Shown: positions 34,885 to 47,261, numbered from the stretch's first letter. The stretch: 64,000 nucleotides of DNA from Planctomycetota bacterium (GCA_035644495.1 DASQOM010000120.1:966-64965); one strand, 5' to 3'. The notes: generated by a model from the sequence alone, not told the origin. Numbers and translations are program-made.

Positions 34885-35605
34885 GCTTTACGTGCTCGCG
34901 ACGCCGATCGGCAACCTCGAGGACCTGTCGGCGCGCGCGCTCCGCATCTTACGGGAAGTGGACGCGATTGTCAGCGAAGACACGCGCACGACGATGAAGC
35001 TGCTCGCCCGCCACGAGATCCGCAAGCCGCTCATCGCCTATTTCCAGTACAGTCCTCCCCGGCGCCTCCAGGAGATCCTCGAAAAGCTGAAGGCCGGACA
35101 GTCGATCGCGCTCGTAACCGAGTCGGGGACTCCGGGCGTCAGCGACCCCGGCGCGCGGCTCGTCGACGCGGCCTTCGATGCGGGCATCAAGGTCGTCCCG
35201 CTGCCCGGCCCCTCGGCGGTCGCCGTCGCGGCCTCCGTCTGCGGATTCGGCGCCGACGCCTTCCACTTCGCCGGCTTCCTCCCGAAGAAGCCCGGCAAGA
35301 GACGGAGGATGCTGGAAACGATGAAGGCCCTGGAGGTGACGCTGATCTTCTTCGAGTCGCCTTATCGCGTGGCCGCCCTGCTCGACGACGTCCAGGCCGT
35401 GCTCGGGGACCGGCGGATCACCGTCTGCCGGGAGCTCACGAAGCTGCACGAGGAGGTGTGGCGGTCGACGGTGTCGAAGGCGATCGAGAAGTACAGAAGG
35501 GAGGAGCCGCGCGGCGAGTTCACGCTCGCCGTCGAGGGCCTGCCCGCCGAAGCCTCCGAGGAGGAGGACCTACATCCCGATCTCAAGCCCGACGAGATAG
35601 GATAG
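34883..35605 (+). CDS. rsmI: 16S rRNA (cytidine1402-2'-O)-methyltransferase
   Basis: LYVLATPIGNLEDLSARAL..L..VD.I..EDTR and ESGTPGVSDPG. TAGAAT at 34870-34875 lies 7 nt upstream of the ATG. Confidence 0.85.
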   Translation: MLYVLATPIGNLEDLSARALRILREVDAIVSEDTRTTMKLLARHEIRKPLIAYFQYSPPRRLQEILEKLKAGQSIALVTESGTPGVSDPGARLVDAAFDAGIKVVPLPGPSAVAVAASVCGFGADAFHFAGFLPKKPGKRRRMLETMKALEVTLIFFESPYRVAALLDDVQAVLGDRRITVCRELTKLHEEVWRSTVSKAIEKYRREEPRGEFTLAVEGLPAEASEEEDLHPDLKPDEIG

Positions 35606-36223
35606 GTTCAGCGAGAAGTTCGTCGACGTCTGGTGGAAGTCGGTGTTGATGCCGTCGATCACGAGACCGACCTTCAGCCGCAGCATTTCCCAGAGGCGCG
35701 CCGTCACGGCCGCCTCGCCCGTGACCGTAAACCCGATTTCGTTGCGGACCACCGACGAGTCGAGCCACGTCGGACCGACGCCGCCGCCCAGCACCAGGGC
35801 GAACTCCGGATGCAGCGGGACGTGGATCCCGGCCCCGAAGAGGAGCGCCTGCATGCGGATGTCCTCGGGCGGCGCCGAGGTGGGACCGTTCCCGAACTCG
35901 TTGTAGCGGTAGGTCATGTGGACCGAGATGTGCGGGAAGATCTCGACGCCGTACCGGACGTAGAACCCCATATGCGACTTGAGCTGCAGGTCGCTGCTGA
36001 AGTCGGTGTACATCGCGCCGGCCTCGAGCTCGCTGTGCCGGTAGAAGAACTCCATCGGGGTGAGCGAGGCGGTGTCGTCGGGCCGCTGCCGGTCGTTCTC
36101 CACGTCCTGCCGTTCGCGGGGCTCGTCCTCGAGCGACATCGTGAGCGGGAGCCCCAGTTCGTCGGCGCGCGCGGCGGCCGCGGCCGCGAGAAGGAGCGGG
36201 AGCGCGAGGACGAACGGCTTCAT
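35570..36223 (-). CDS. Outer-membrane beta-barrel protein (OmpA-beta/porin-family-like)
   Basis: SD GAAGGGAGA and signal peptide MKPFVLALPLLLAAAAAARA. Alternating-hydrophobic beta-strand pattern. Confidence 0.6.
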   Translation of the reverse strand: MKPFVLALPLLLAAAAAARADELGLPLTMSLEDEPRERQDVENDRQRPDDTASLTPMEFFYRHSELEAGAMYTDFSSDLQLKSHMGFYVRYGVEIFPHISVHMTYRYNEFGNGPTSAPPEDIRMQALLFGAGIHVPLHPEFALVLGGGVGPTWLDSSVVRNEIGFTVTGEAAVTARLWEMLRLKVGLVIDGINTDFHQTSTNFSLNLSYLVGLEIGM

Positions 36224-36301
36224 GGACGGTCTCCCTTCAGGTACTCCAACCTATACATCGGCTGGAACGCCGGATCTATTGAGAGCAAAAGAGAGGCGGC
36301 G

Positions 36302-39524
<3,223 letters not shown>

Positions 39525-39534
39525 GTCCGCGAGG

Positions 39535-39564
39535 ATTATGTCCCCGTCTACTTTAAAATGTCAA
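39535..39564 (-). promoter_or_regulatory. Putative topA promoter
   Basis: On the minus strand: TTGACA (39564-39559), an 18-nt spacer, then CATAAT (39540-39535). This sits 10 nt before ATG 39524, and there is no SD. Confidence 0.55.
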
Positions 39565-39576
39565 GGGGGCGGCCCA

Positions 39577-40815
39577 TTATGGGGAAACCGGGGTCCTCCG
39601 GGCGCGCATCCGGAACGGGAAATCCCAGCGCCGGACCTTGATGAGGGCCAGGAAGATCTCCACCGTGGTCCACCCCAGGTTGACGAAAATGCTCCAGCGG
39701 CGGATCGTGTGGGCGGCCAGGCCGATGTCGTCCTCCCAGATCACCGAGGTGAACTGCACGATCCAGAGGATGAACATGCCGGCGGCCTCCCACCACTCGA
39801 ATTTCATGTTGAAGAGGAGGATCATGCAGAGGGCCGCCTGGGTGGCCGTCAGCAGCACCTCCTCCTTCTGGTCCTCGGTGAAGAGGATGGGGGCGTACCA
39901 GCGCCCCGACGAGACGGCGTAGACGATGGGGATCATGGCCACGAGCATCGTCATCTGATTGATGTTGGAGGAGAGGAAGTTCATGAGGCCCATCTTGGCC
40001 TTGCCTTCCTTCATCGCCCAGCCATACGCGCTGACCTTCTCGGGGAACTCCGACATGAACGGCGCGATCCACTGGATGAAGAAGTAGCCGGAGATGCCGA
40101 CCAGCGCGGCCAGCGACTGGAGGCTGTTAACGAAGGGGTGGACGCAGAGGTAGAGAATGACGCCGCCGCCGATGAAGATGGAGGCCACGCCGATCACGCG
40201 CCCGTGCTTGCCGCGGCGGAGCACCACCCGGGCCAGGAACGGCAGCTCGTCGATCGACTCGTCCTCCTCCTCGGGCGGCATGCGGAGCAGCAGGAACATG
40301 TACATGACGTAGAAGCCCAGCAGCACGACGGAGTCGAGCAGGTCCAGCCGGCCGCGGTAGACGATGAAGAAGAAGTAGATCGTGGGGGGGAAGAGCGACA
40401 CGATCTCGACCGAGTGGAAAGGATCGAGGCTGATCGCCTTCTCCACCGTCGTGTTCTTCCGGTTCATCCACGCGCGGATGAAGTAGACGGTCGGCATCCC
40501 GAAGCCCATGAGCAGCCGGATCGACCCGGTGAAGTTGGCGGTCACCAGCGAGTCGCTGTAGCCCTCCGTATGCCGCGCCGCGTTCCAGGCGATATCGGCC
40601 TCGACCGCGAACTCCGGCAACGTCTGCAGCCAGGCGAGCAGCGCCAGGGCCAGCCCCTGCGAAACCATGAATTGCAGCGCCTCCGCGCCCCAGGCGATCA
40701 GGAACGCCGACCCCACGATGAGCGGGGCGGACCAGAGGAAATGGATCCAAGACCCGCCCGAGGAGACCGCGGCGCCGGTCAGTCCCAGGGTCAGGGCCGC
40801 GAGGATGCGCATCAT
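39577..40815 (-). CDS. Polytopic membrane protein, CaCA (sodium/calcium exchanger)-like
   Basis: About ten TM segments, with two alpha-repeat-like motifs (LQTLPEFAVE and FMSEFPEKVS). Confidence 0.5.
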   Translation of the reverse strand: MMRILAALTLGLTGAAVSSGGSWIHFLWSAPLIVGSAFLIAWGAEALQFMVSQGLALALLAWLQTLPEFAVEADIAWNAARHTEGYSDSLVTANFTGSIRLLMGFGMPTVYFIRAWMNRKNTTVEKAISLDPFHSVEIVSLFPPTIYFFFIVYRGRLDLLDSVVLLGFYVMYMFLLLRMPPEEEDESIDELPFLARVVLRRGKHGRVIGVASIFIGGGVILYLCVHPFVNSLQSLAALVGISGYFFIQWIAPFMSEFPEKVSAYGWAMKEGKAKMGLMNFLSSNINQMTMLVAMIPIVYAVSSGRWYAPILFTEDQKEEVLLTATQAALCMILLFNMKFEWWEAAGMFILWIVQFTSVIWEDDIGLAAHTIRRWSIFVNLGWTTVEIFLALIKVRRWDFPFRMRARRTPVSP

Positions 40816-40819
40816 GCCG

Positions 40820-40921
40820 TTACGAATTCACCACAACGGGGCGGAGGACACAACCGAAATCGATGAAGAGAGAACACAAAGACACCAGGAACACGAAGGC
40901 CACAAAGAAGGACGGTTTCAT
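40820..40921 (-). CDS. Candidate 33-aa hydrophobic upstream ORF
   Basis: AGGAG lies 4 nt upstream of ATG 40921. Sequence MKPSFFVAFVFLVSLCSLFIDFGCVLRPVVVNS. The stop is 4 nt before the next gene. It is encoded antisense to a repeat-motif copy, and GC3 is only about 70%. Confidence 0.3.
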   Translation of the reverse strand: MKPSFFVAFVFLVSLCSLFIDFGCVLRPVVVNS

Positions 40922-41150
40922 GGCGCTCCTGCGTACCGCGATTCCGACGGGAATCCTGCCCGCGGTACCCCAGGACTTGAAGAGGAGCCCAAGGACACCG
41001 GGGACCCAGAGACCACAAAGAAAGGGTAGTGTTGTGGGGCTTTCCCGCGCAGCATTCCGTCCCAAGGCTTGGGGATGGATGCTATTTCGTCCGGGTCATC
41101 TCGAGGGGTGGGGGATCTTCTCGGGGTTCTCGAGTGTCTTTGTGTTTCTC
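40866..41150. repeat. Cluster of AACACAAAGACAC-family motif copies in a 335-bp intergenic region
   Basis: 13-mer at 40873-40885 (+) and 41134-41146 (-). There is a related copy, AAGGACACCGGGGACCCAGAGACCACAAAGAAAGG, at 40991-41025, and a stem-loop at 40928-40975. Confidence 0.7.
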
Positions 41151-41696
41151 TTAATGCGCGAACTTCTGCCGCCATTCCAGCCGCAGCGCCATCACCTCGG
41201 ACACGATGTCGTCCCGCAGGGAGATGAGCTTGTGGGTGACGTGGTCCGCGCCCTTCTCGGGAAGGTGGTGGGCGCCGCGGATCTCGTGCAGGGCCTGGAG
41301 GGCGAGGTGCGTCGCCCGGAGCGCGCGCTTCAGGTACGCGATCGAGAAGCCGATCTCGGCCTCGTCGAGCCGCCCCACCCCGGCCGCGATCATGGCGCCG
41401 GTCATGTACGCGTTCAGGACCAGCTCGTCGACGGGCTTCGGGTCGCGCTTGCGGCGACGCGGACGATAGAGCCGGGAGACGCGGTGCACGTAGGTGCCGA
41501 AGCGCAGGGCCTTCCGGTAGAGCGGGTGCTTCTCGAAATCCTGGAGCGCCTCGATCTCCGGCTCCGTCGGCTGCAATTTCTTCAACATCCGACGCGTTTT
41601 CGGGCTGTTGAGGAACTTTTCAGCCTCGTACTCGTCCAGCGGTCCGTTCGGCTCGGGCATGGGGCCTAATAAATAGCGAGGTCGGTTTGGCGGCAC
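41151..41696 (-). CDS. Hypothetical helical protein
   Basis: Coding-like GC3. The C-terminal half is helical (AYMTGAMIAAGVGRLDEAEIGFSIAYLKRAL...) and faintly resembles four-helix-bundle proteins. No confident family. Confidence 0.5.
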   Translation of the reverse strand: MPPNRPRYLLGPMPEPNGPLDEYEAEKFLNSPKTRRMLKKLQPTEPEIEALQDFEKHPLYRKALRFGTYVHRVSRLYRPRRRKRDPKPVDELVLNAYMTGAMIAAGVGRLDEAEIGFSIAYLKRALRATHLALQALHEIRGAHHLPEKGADHVTHKLISLRDDIVSEVMALRLEWRQKFAH

Positions 41697-41721
41697 AAGA
41701 GAAATCCGTTAGAATCGCGGC

Positions 41722-42729
41722 ATGCTGAAGGAGGCCTTAACAAAGCTCGCGGCGGCCCAGGATCTCTCCGCCGACGAGGCCGCGGCCGCGATGGGCGAGA
41801 TCATGGACGGCAGCGCCACGCCCGCCCAGATCGCGGCCTTCCTGACCGCGCTGCGGATGAAAGGCGAGACCGTCGACGAGATCGCCGGCTCCGCCCGCGC
41901 GATGCGGCAGCGCTCGGTGAAGATCGACGCCGGCCCGGGCGTCGTCCTGGACACCTGCGGCACCGGCGGCGACGGCCTGGGGACCTTCAACATCTCCACG
42001 ATCTCCGCGTTCGTCGTCGCGGCATGCGGCGTCAAGGTCGCCAAGCACGGCAACCGCGCGGCGAGCTCGAAGTGCGGCAGCGCCGACCTGCTCGAGGCCC
42101 TCGGCGTCCAGCTCGAGAACCCGAAGGAGAAGCTCGAGGGCATCCTCCGGGAGGTCGGCTTCGTCTACCTGCACGCGCCGAATTTCCATCCCGCCATGAA
42201 GCACGCGGCGCCGGTCCGGAAAGAGCTCGGCTTCCGCACGATCTTCAACCTGCTCGGCCCGATCTGCAACCCCGCGGGCGCCAACGTCCAGGTCATCGGC
42301 GTCTTCGCGCCCCACCTGACGAAGCCGATCGCCAAGGTGCTTCAGGCCCTCGGGACGACGCGGGCGTTCACGTTCCACGGCCATGGCGGCCTCGACGAGC
42401 TGTCGACGACCGGATGGAACACCGCGATCGACATGAACGCCGGGAAGCTGATGGACGTGTCGATCGGCCCGGAGACGGTCGGGGTGCCGGTCGCCAAGGG
42501 CGCCGACCTCCTGGGCGGCGATGTCGCGGAGAACGTCGCGATCGCGAAAGCGATCCTCGCAGGAAAGAAGGGCCCGAAGCGGGACATCGTCGTCATGAAT
42601 GCGGCGATCGCGCTGGTGGCGGCCGGCCGGGCGAAGAATCCCAAGGACGGCGCCGCCAAGGTCTCGGACGCGATCGATTCCGGCGCGGTGAAAGACAAGG
42701 TCGACCAATTCGTGGCGGCGACCCGCTGA
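41722..42729 (+). CDS. trpD: Anthranilate phosphoribosyltransferase
   Basis: LDTCGTGGDGLGTFNISTISAFVVAACG and KHGNRAASSKCGSADLLEALG. Confidence 0.9.
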   Translation: MLKEALTKLAAAQDLSADEAAAAMGEIMDGSATPAQIAAFLTALRMKGETVDEIAGSARAMRQRSVKIDAGPGVVLDTCGTGGDGLGTFNISTISAFVVAACGVKVAKHGNRAASSKCGSADLLEALGVQLENPKEKLEGILREVGFVYLHAPNFHPAMKHAAPVRKELGFRTIFNLLGPICNPAGANVQVIGVFAPHLTKPIAKVLQALGTTRAFTFHGHGGLDELSTTGWNTAIDMNAGKLMDVSIGPETVGVPVAKGADLLGGDVAENVAIAKAILAGKKGPKRDIVVMNAAIALVAAGRAKNPKDGAAKVSDAIDSGAVKDKVDQFVAATR

Positions 42730-43259
42730 TGGCCGTCATCATGGACCCGAAGTTCTGCTCGCGCTGCGGGGCGCCGATGGTGAAGTCCGTTCCGCCCCAC
42801 GACCAGCGTTCGCGCCACGTCTGCCCGAAATGCCAGTTCATCCACTACCTCGAGCCGAAAGTCGCCTGCGGCACCATCGCGGAGGTCGACGGCCGTTTCG
42901 CCCTGATCCAGCGCGGGATCGAGCCGCGCAAGGGCTTCTGGAGCTTCCCCTGCGGCTTCATGGAGATCGACGAGACGACCGAGCAGGCGGCGATGCGCGA
43001 GACGAAGGAGGAGACGGGCCTCGACGTCGCGCTCGAGGGCCATCTCGGGACCTATTCCTACCCGGACAACTTCTACGGCGGCGCGATCGTCGTGGTCGTT
43101 TATCGCGCGAAGATCCTGGCCGGCACGCTCAAAGCCGACGACGACTGCATCGACGCCCGTATGATCGGGTCGAAGGAAATCCCCTGGGACCAGCTGGCCT
43201 TCAAGTCGAGCATCTCGGCCATCCAGGACTGGCTCAAGCACAAGGGTCTATCGCAGTAG
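42729..43259 (+). CDS. NUDIX hydrolase with an N-terminal zinc ribbon
   Basis: CSRCGAPM...CPKCQF zinc ribbon. Nudix box GFMEIDETTEQAAMRETKEETGL. Confidence 0.8.
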   Translation: MAVIMDPKFCSRCGAPMVKSVPPHDQRSRHVCPKCQFIHYLEPKVACGTIAEVDGRFALIQRGIEPRKGFWSFPCGFMEIDETTEQAAMRETKEETGLDVALEGHLGTYSYPDNFYGGAIVVVVYRAKILAGTLKADDDCIDARMIGSKEIPWDQLAFKSSISAIQDWLKHKGLSQ

Positions 43260-43261
43260 TC

Positions 43262-43288
43262 CCACAAACAAGCCAGTCTTGTTTGTGG
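43262..43288. repeat. Hairpin repeat CCACAAACAAG-CCAGT-CTTGTTTGTGG (family copy c)
   Basis: Perfect 11-bp arms (12 with the flanking C/G) and loop CCAGT. It starts 3 nt after the TAG of the NUDIX gene. Confidence 0.85.
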
Positions 43289-43360
43289 GGTCCCGGATTC
43301 CCCGCGCCGATCCAGTCCCTTCGGACAACGAAGGGCGGGGTGAGCCATCGGGGGTGAACG

Positions 43361-45528
43361 ATGGCTCGTGCAATCCGCGCGTTCCTGGTCCTCTCCTGCC
43401 CGACGCTGGTCCGCTGCGGGGGCGGGGGCGGCGAAAGCGGCATCCATCAAGGCACCGGAAACCTGCCGCCCGGCTGGCAGACGACCGATATCGGCGCCGT
43501 CGGCTCCGCGGGCAGCATCCTCCATCTCGGCGGCCAGTACTCCGCCACCGGATCGGGCGCGGATATCTGGGATAACGCCGACGCCTTCCACTTCGTCTAC
43601 CGCAGCCTGACCGGCGACGGCGAGATGGCCGCGCGCGTCGTCAGTCTCGCCAACACCGACGCGTGGGCCAAGGCCGGCGTCATGATCCGCGAATCCCTGG
43701 GCCCCGGCTCGACGTTCGCCAGGAGCGTCGTCACATCCTCGAACGGCACGTCCTTCCAATACCGGCCGCTGACGGAGCAGAGCTGCGCCCTCGCCTTCGG
43801 ACCGTCGCAGCCCGCCCCTTATTGGGTTCGCATCGTCCGCGTCGGCAACAGGCTGAGCGGGTACGCGTCGGCCGCGGCGCCTCGTGGACCCTCATCGCCG
43901 GCCAGACGATCAGCATGGGCGCGACCGTCTATATCGGGCTCTGCGTGACCGCGCACAACAACTCGGCCGTCTCGGCCGCGACGTTCGACTCGGTGACGTG
44001 GACCGGCTCCGCCAGCTTCGCCGTCGCCGGGCTCGGGCCCGACGTCCGCCTCCTCGTCGCCAGCGTGTTCGACGGCCCGCACGCGACGTTCGCCGGCGTC
44101 TACGTCCAGGTCGTCGACGGCCACGTCATCAGCCGCGGGACGGTGACGGTGACCGTCGGCGGCTCGAATCCGACGACCGGCGTCGGCAACCACCCGGCCG
44201 CGTTCCGATCGGTGCGGTCGAACCTCGTATCAGTGGCGCCAGGCCAGAACGTGCAGCTGACCGCGGACGCGTTCGACGTCGAGGGGAATACGCTCGACTA
44301 TGGGTGGGCGCCCGCCAGCGGCGGGACGATCACGGGGACGGGCCCGACGGTGACGTGGACGGCGCCCGCGGCGGGGTCGGGCCGTCCCGCGAAGGCGGGC
44401 TTATGGATCTGGCCGGGATCGCGTTCGTCGGGCGCGCCGCGACCGCGCACTTCTGCGACACGTGGATGCCGACGTGGGCTTCAGACGGGACGATGTATTC
44501 GCCGTGGCAGGACGGCGTCTTGATGACGTCGCCCTTCGTCAATATGGGCGGCCGGCACGCGGGCGATCCGACGGCGCTGAACGGCTGGGGCAAGATCGTC
44601 GGCATCGATCCCCAGGACCTGCTGCTGACGAACGCCGGCGAGCTGGCGGGCCCGCGCGGGAACTGGTCGGGCCGCTACCCCGCGGCGATCTTCGCCAAGG
44701 ACGGCGTGGTCTATTATGGCGTGCGTTCGACGGCCGTCTACGACACCAACGGCAACCTGTCGACAGATCCGAACACGAACTACCGCTACGCGAGCGGGAC
44801 CTTCATCGGGTTCCATACGTCGACGGACGGGGGCGCCAGCTGGTCGGCGTCGCCCAACGCGGACGCGCCGCTGGTCAACGAGCCGCACGGCGGCAACCAG
44901 CGTCTGAAGTTCGGCCAGCCCTATCAGGTCGACTTCGGGAAGAACCAGGAGCGCTCGCCGGACGGCAAGGTGTACTTCGTGTCGAGCGGCTCGACGGACA
45001 CGAGCGCAGGAACGGACCATCTGAACGACGATCAAGTGTACCCTGTGCAGCGCGACGGCGACGGCGTCGGCGGGAGGGATCAACAACATCGCCACTTGGG
45101 AGTTCTGGAACGGCGGCGGCTGGTCGGGATCACCATCGGCCGCGTCGTCGATCTTCGAGTGGCGCAATCACGTGAGCGGAGCGACGATGACGTGGAACCC
45201 GGGGCTGGGCAAGTACCTGATGCTGTTCTAGAAGAACGGCTACTCGGTGACGGGGACGAAGACGGACTTCGGCGAGTTCGACAGCTATACGGTGGAGTCG
45301 TCGTCGATGACGGGCCCGTGGAAGCTGGTGCACTACTGGCCGTCGTTCGGCAAGCAGGCTTGTTATCCGAACCTGCCGTCGAAGTTCCTGTCGTCGGACG
45401 GCCGGAACGCCTGGCTCTGGTACGGCTCGAACTTCTCCCCCTGGGACCGCGAGCAGGACCCGCCCGGGAGCGGCTACCACCTCTGCGAACAGCGCATCCG
45501 GTTTCTCACCGCGGCGGATACGCTGTAG
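43361..45528 (+). pseudogene. Disrupted gene for a secreted multidomain glycosidase-like protein (ConA/DUF1349-like N-domain, Ig-like middle, beta-propeller/DUF4185-like C-domain)
   Basis: The reading frame must switch near 43870, near 44380-44400 and near 45040. There is an in-frame TAG at 45229-45231. The homology-like sequence stays continuous across each break, for example ...NRLSGYAS|GASWTLIAGQTISMG... and ...LMLF*KNGYSVTGTKTDF... Confidence 0.7.
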
Positions 45529-45900
45529 GATTTCATTTATCCAATACTGTCGAGTGCCTGTGTTCAGTGACGAAGTCGGCAATCACTGCGAGGACCTAGA
45601 GCCTCTGGCAGTCCGTAGTGAAATCAGAAGTGAAATGACTAGTGCAGCTCCAAGATATCCAGAAATCACACCAACCTTTGGCATCATCCATTCAAATCGC
45701 ACGGACCCCGAAACTCCGACCAGATCTGAGGACCATGCAAATAGAAAGACAAGCGCATCGAGCAATAGCAGTACTAGAAGAGCTGTTGGAATACCCCTTG
45801 GCTTCCTCTCACACCGGAATCAAACTGCAATTTCTTGGTGTCTATTTGGCTGAACTGCTCCCACAGAACATTTGTCCTGTTGCCCGCTCATGAGGACTGC

Positions 45901-46521
45901 TTACCTCTTCTCCCCGAGTTCCTCGATCGTGATGTTGCGGAAGGAGACCTCCGACTTCGCGCCGCCGTGGATCTGCAGACCGATCAGGCCCTCCTGCTCG
46001 AGGGTCTTGTCCTCTTCCGTATAGTCGATCGTCTGCACGCCGTTCAGCTTCAGGACCACCCGCGGGCCCTCGCAGCGGATCTCGTACGTGTTCCAGTCGC
46101 CGAGCTTCTCCGTCTTCTTGATCAGCTCCGCGTCCGCCTTCGCCATCACCTTGTTGCGGCGGGACTCGTCGTAGAGGCTCCCGGTCCAGCCCACGCCGAT
46201 GTCCGCCTGGTACCCCTTCATCTCGTTCGCCGGCTTGTCGATCCGGCGACTGCGGATCTGCACCCCGCTGTTGATGAAGCCCTCCGTTCCCGTCAGCTTG
46301 TACTCCAGCTTCAGGACGAAGTCCTTGTAGGCCTTCTTCGTCGCCAGGAACTCGTTCTGCTTGTTCCCTTCCAGCGAGCCGCCGACGATGACGCCGTCGG
46401 CCACCCGCCAGACCTTCTCGCTCCCCTCCCAGCCGTCCAGGGTCTTGCCGTCGAAGAGCGGCACCGCCTGCGGCCGCGTCGAGGTCGCAATCATGCACAG
46501 TAGCGCGAGATGTCTCAGCAT
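45901..46521 (-). CDS. Secreted DUF1080 (3-keto-disaccharide hydrolase-like) protein
   Basis: LFDGKTLDGWEGS...W.V.DGVI.G and FVLKLEYKL....NSGVQIRS...LQIHGG....FRNI.I. Confidence 0.8.
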   Translation of the reverse strand: MLRHLALLCMIATSTRPQAVPLFDGKTLDGWEGSEKVWRVADGVIVGGSLEGNKQNEFLATKKAYKDFVLKLEYKLTGTEGFINSGVQIRSRRIDKPANEMKGYQADIGVGWTGSLYDESRRNKVMAKADAELIKKTEKLGDWNTYEIRCEGPRVVLKLNGVQTIDYTEEDKTLEQEGLIGLQIHGGAKSEVSFRNITIEELGEKR

Positions 46522-46577
46522 TCGGTCCTCCCTGCTTTCTTAGACCATACGTCTGCGGCGTGCTATCCTAACCGCCC

Positions 46578-47261
46578 ATGAGAACAATCTTCGCCCTTAT
46601 TCTCCTCGCCGGCTGCAGCAGCGCCCCCGCCCGGAACGCCGACGGCGATGTCGAGATCTTCGACGGCAAGACCCTCGTCGGCTGGTCCGCGCCCGACATG
46701 AGCTACTTCTCCGTCGCCGACGGCGCCATCACCGGGGAGGCGACCCCCAAGCATCTGCCTCCGATCAACCAGTTCATCGTCTGGCAGGGCGGCACCGTGA
46801 AGGACTTCGACCTGCGCTTCAAGTTCCGCATCACCGGCCCCAAGGCCAACTCCGGGATGCAGTTCCGCAGCACGGTGAAGGAGAAGGGCCTGGTCCACGG
46901 GTATCAGGCCGACATCGCGCTGAACGGCCCCTACCTGGGCGGCATCTGGGACGAGTACGGCCCCCGCAAGTCCCTCGCCGCCCGCGGCGAAAGCGTCGTC
47001 ATCGACGAGGACGGCAAGAAGACCGTCACCAAGTTCGCCGACCCCGCCGACCTCGTCCAGGGCGTCAATATCGGCGACTGGACCGACTACCGCATCCTGG
47101 CCCAGGGCAGCCATATCGTCCTCGAAATCAACGGCCGCAAGGTGAGCGAGCTGGTCGACCGCGACCGCGAGCACGCCGCCGCCGAAGGCGTTCTCGCGAT
47201 GCCCATCATCTCCGAGCCCATGCGGGTGCAGTATAAAGACCTCCGCCTCAAGAGGTTGTAG
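46578..47261 (+). CDS. DUF1080-family lipoprotein
   Basis: Lipobox LLAGCSS. IFDGKTLVGWS...F.V.DGAITG and FDLRFKFRI....NSGMQFRS. Confidence 0.8.
   Translation: MRTIFALILLAGCSSAPARNADGDVEIFDGKTLVGWSAPDMSYFSVADGAITGEATPKHLPPINQFIVWQGGTVKDFDLRFKFRITGPKANSGMQFRSTVKEKGLVHGYQADIALNGPYLGGIWDEYGPRKSLAARGESVVIDEDGKKTVTKFADPADLVQGVNIGDWTDYRILAQGSHIVLEINGRKVSELVDRDREHAAAEGVLAMPIISEPMRVQYKDLRLKRL

Noticed and set aside
40863-41669. The 268-aa plus-strand ORF starting in the repeat cluster (MKREHKDTRNTK...).
   Set aside because: Its first part is a translation of the repeat motifs. The rest is antisense to the better-supported gene at 41151-41696.
43361-45528. Programmed ribosomal frameshifting to explain the broken glycosidase-like gene.
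   Set aside because: There are three separate frame changes in different directions plus a nonsense codon. No slippery heptamer or downstream structure is visible at the junctions, so decay is the simpler explanation.
45583-45765. The 60-aa minus-strand ORF in the low-GC island as a type I toxin gene.
   Set aside because: It has only a TTG start, no SD, and no recognisable antisense RNA partner or promoter. I kept it as a remark inside the low-GC-island finding rather than as a feature.
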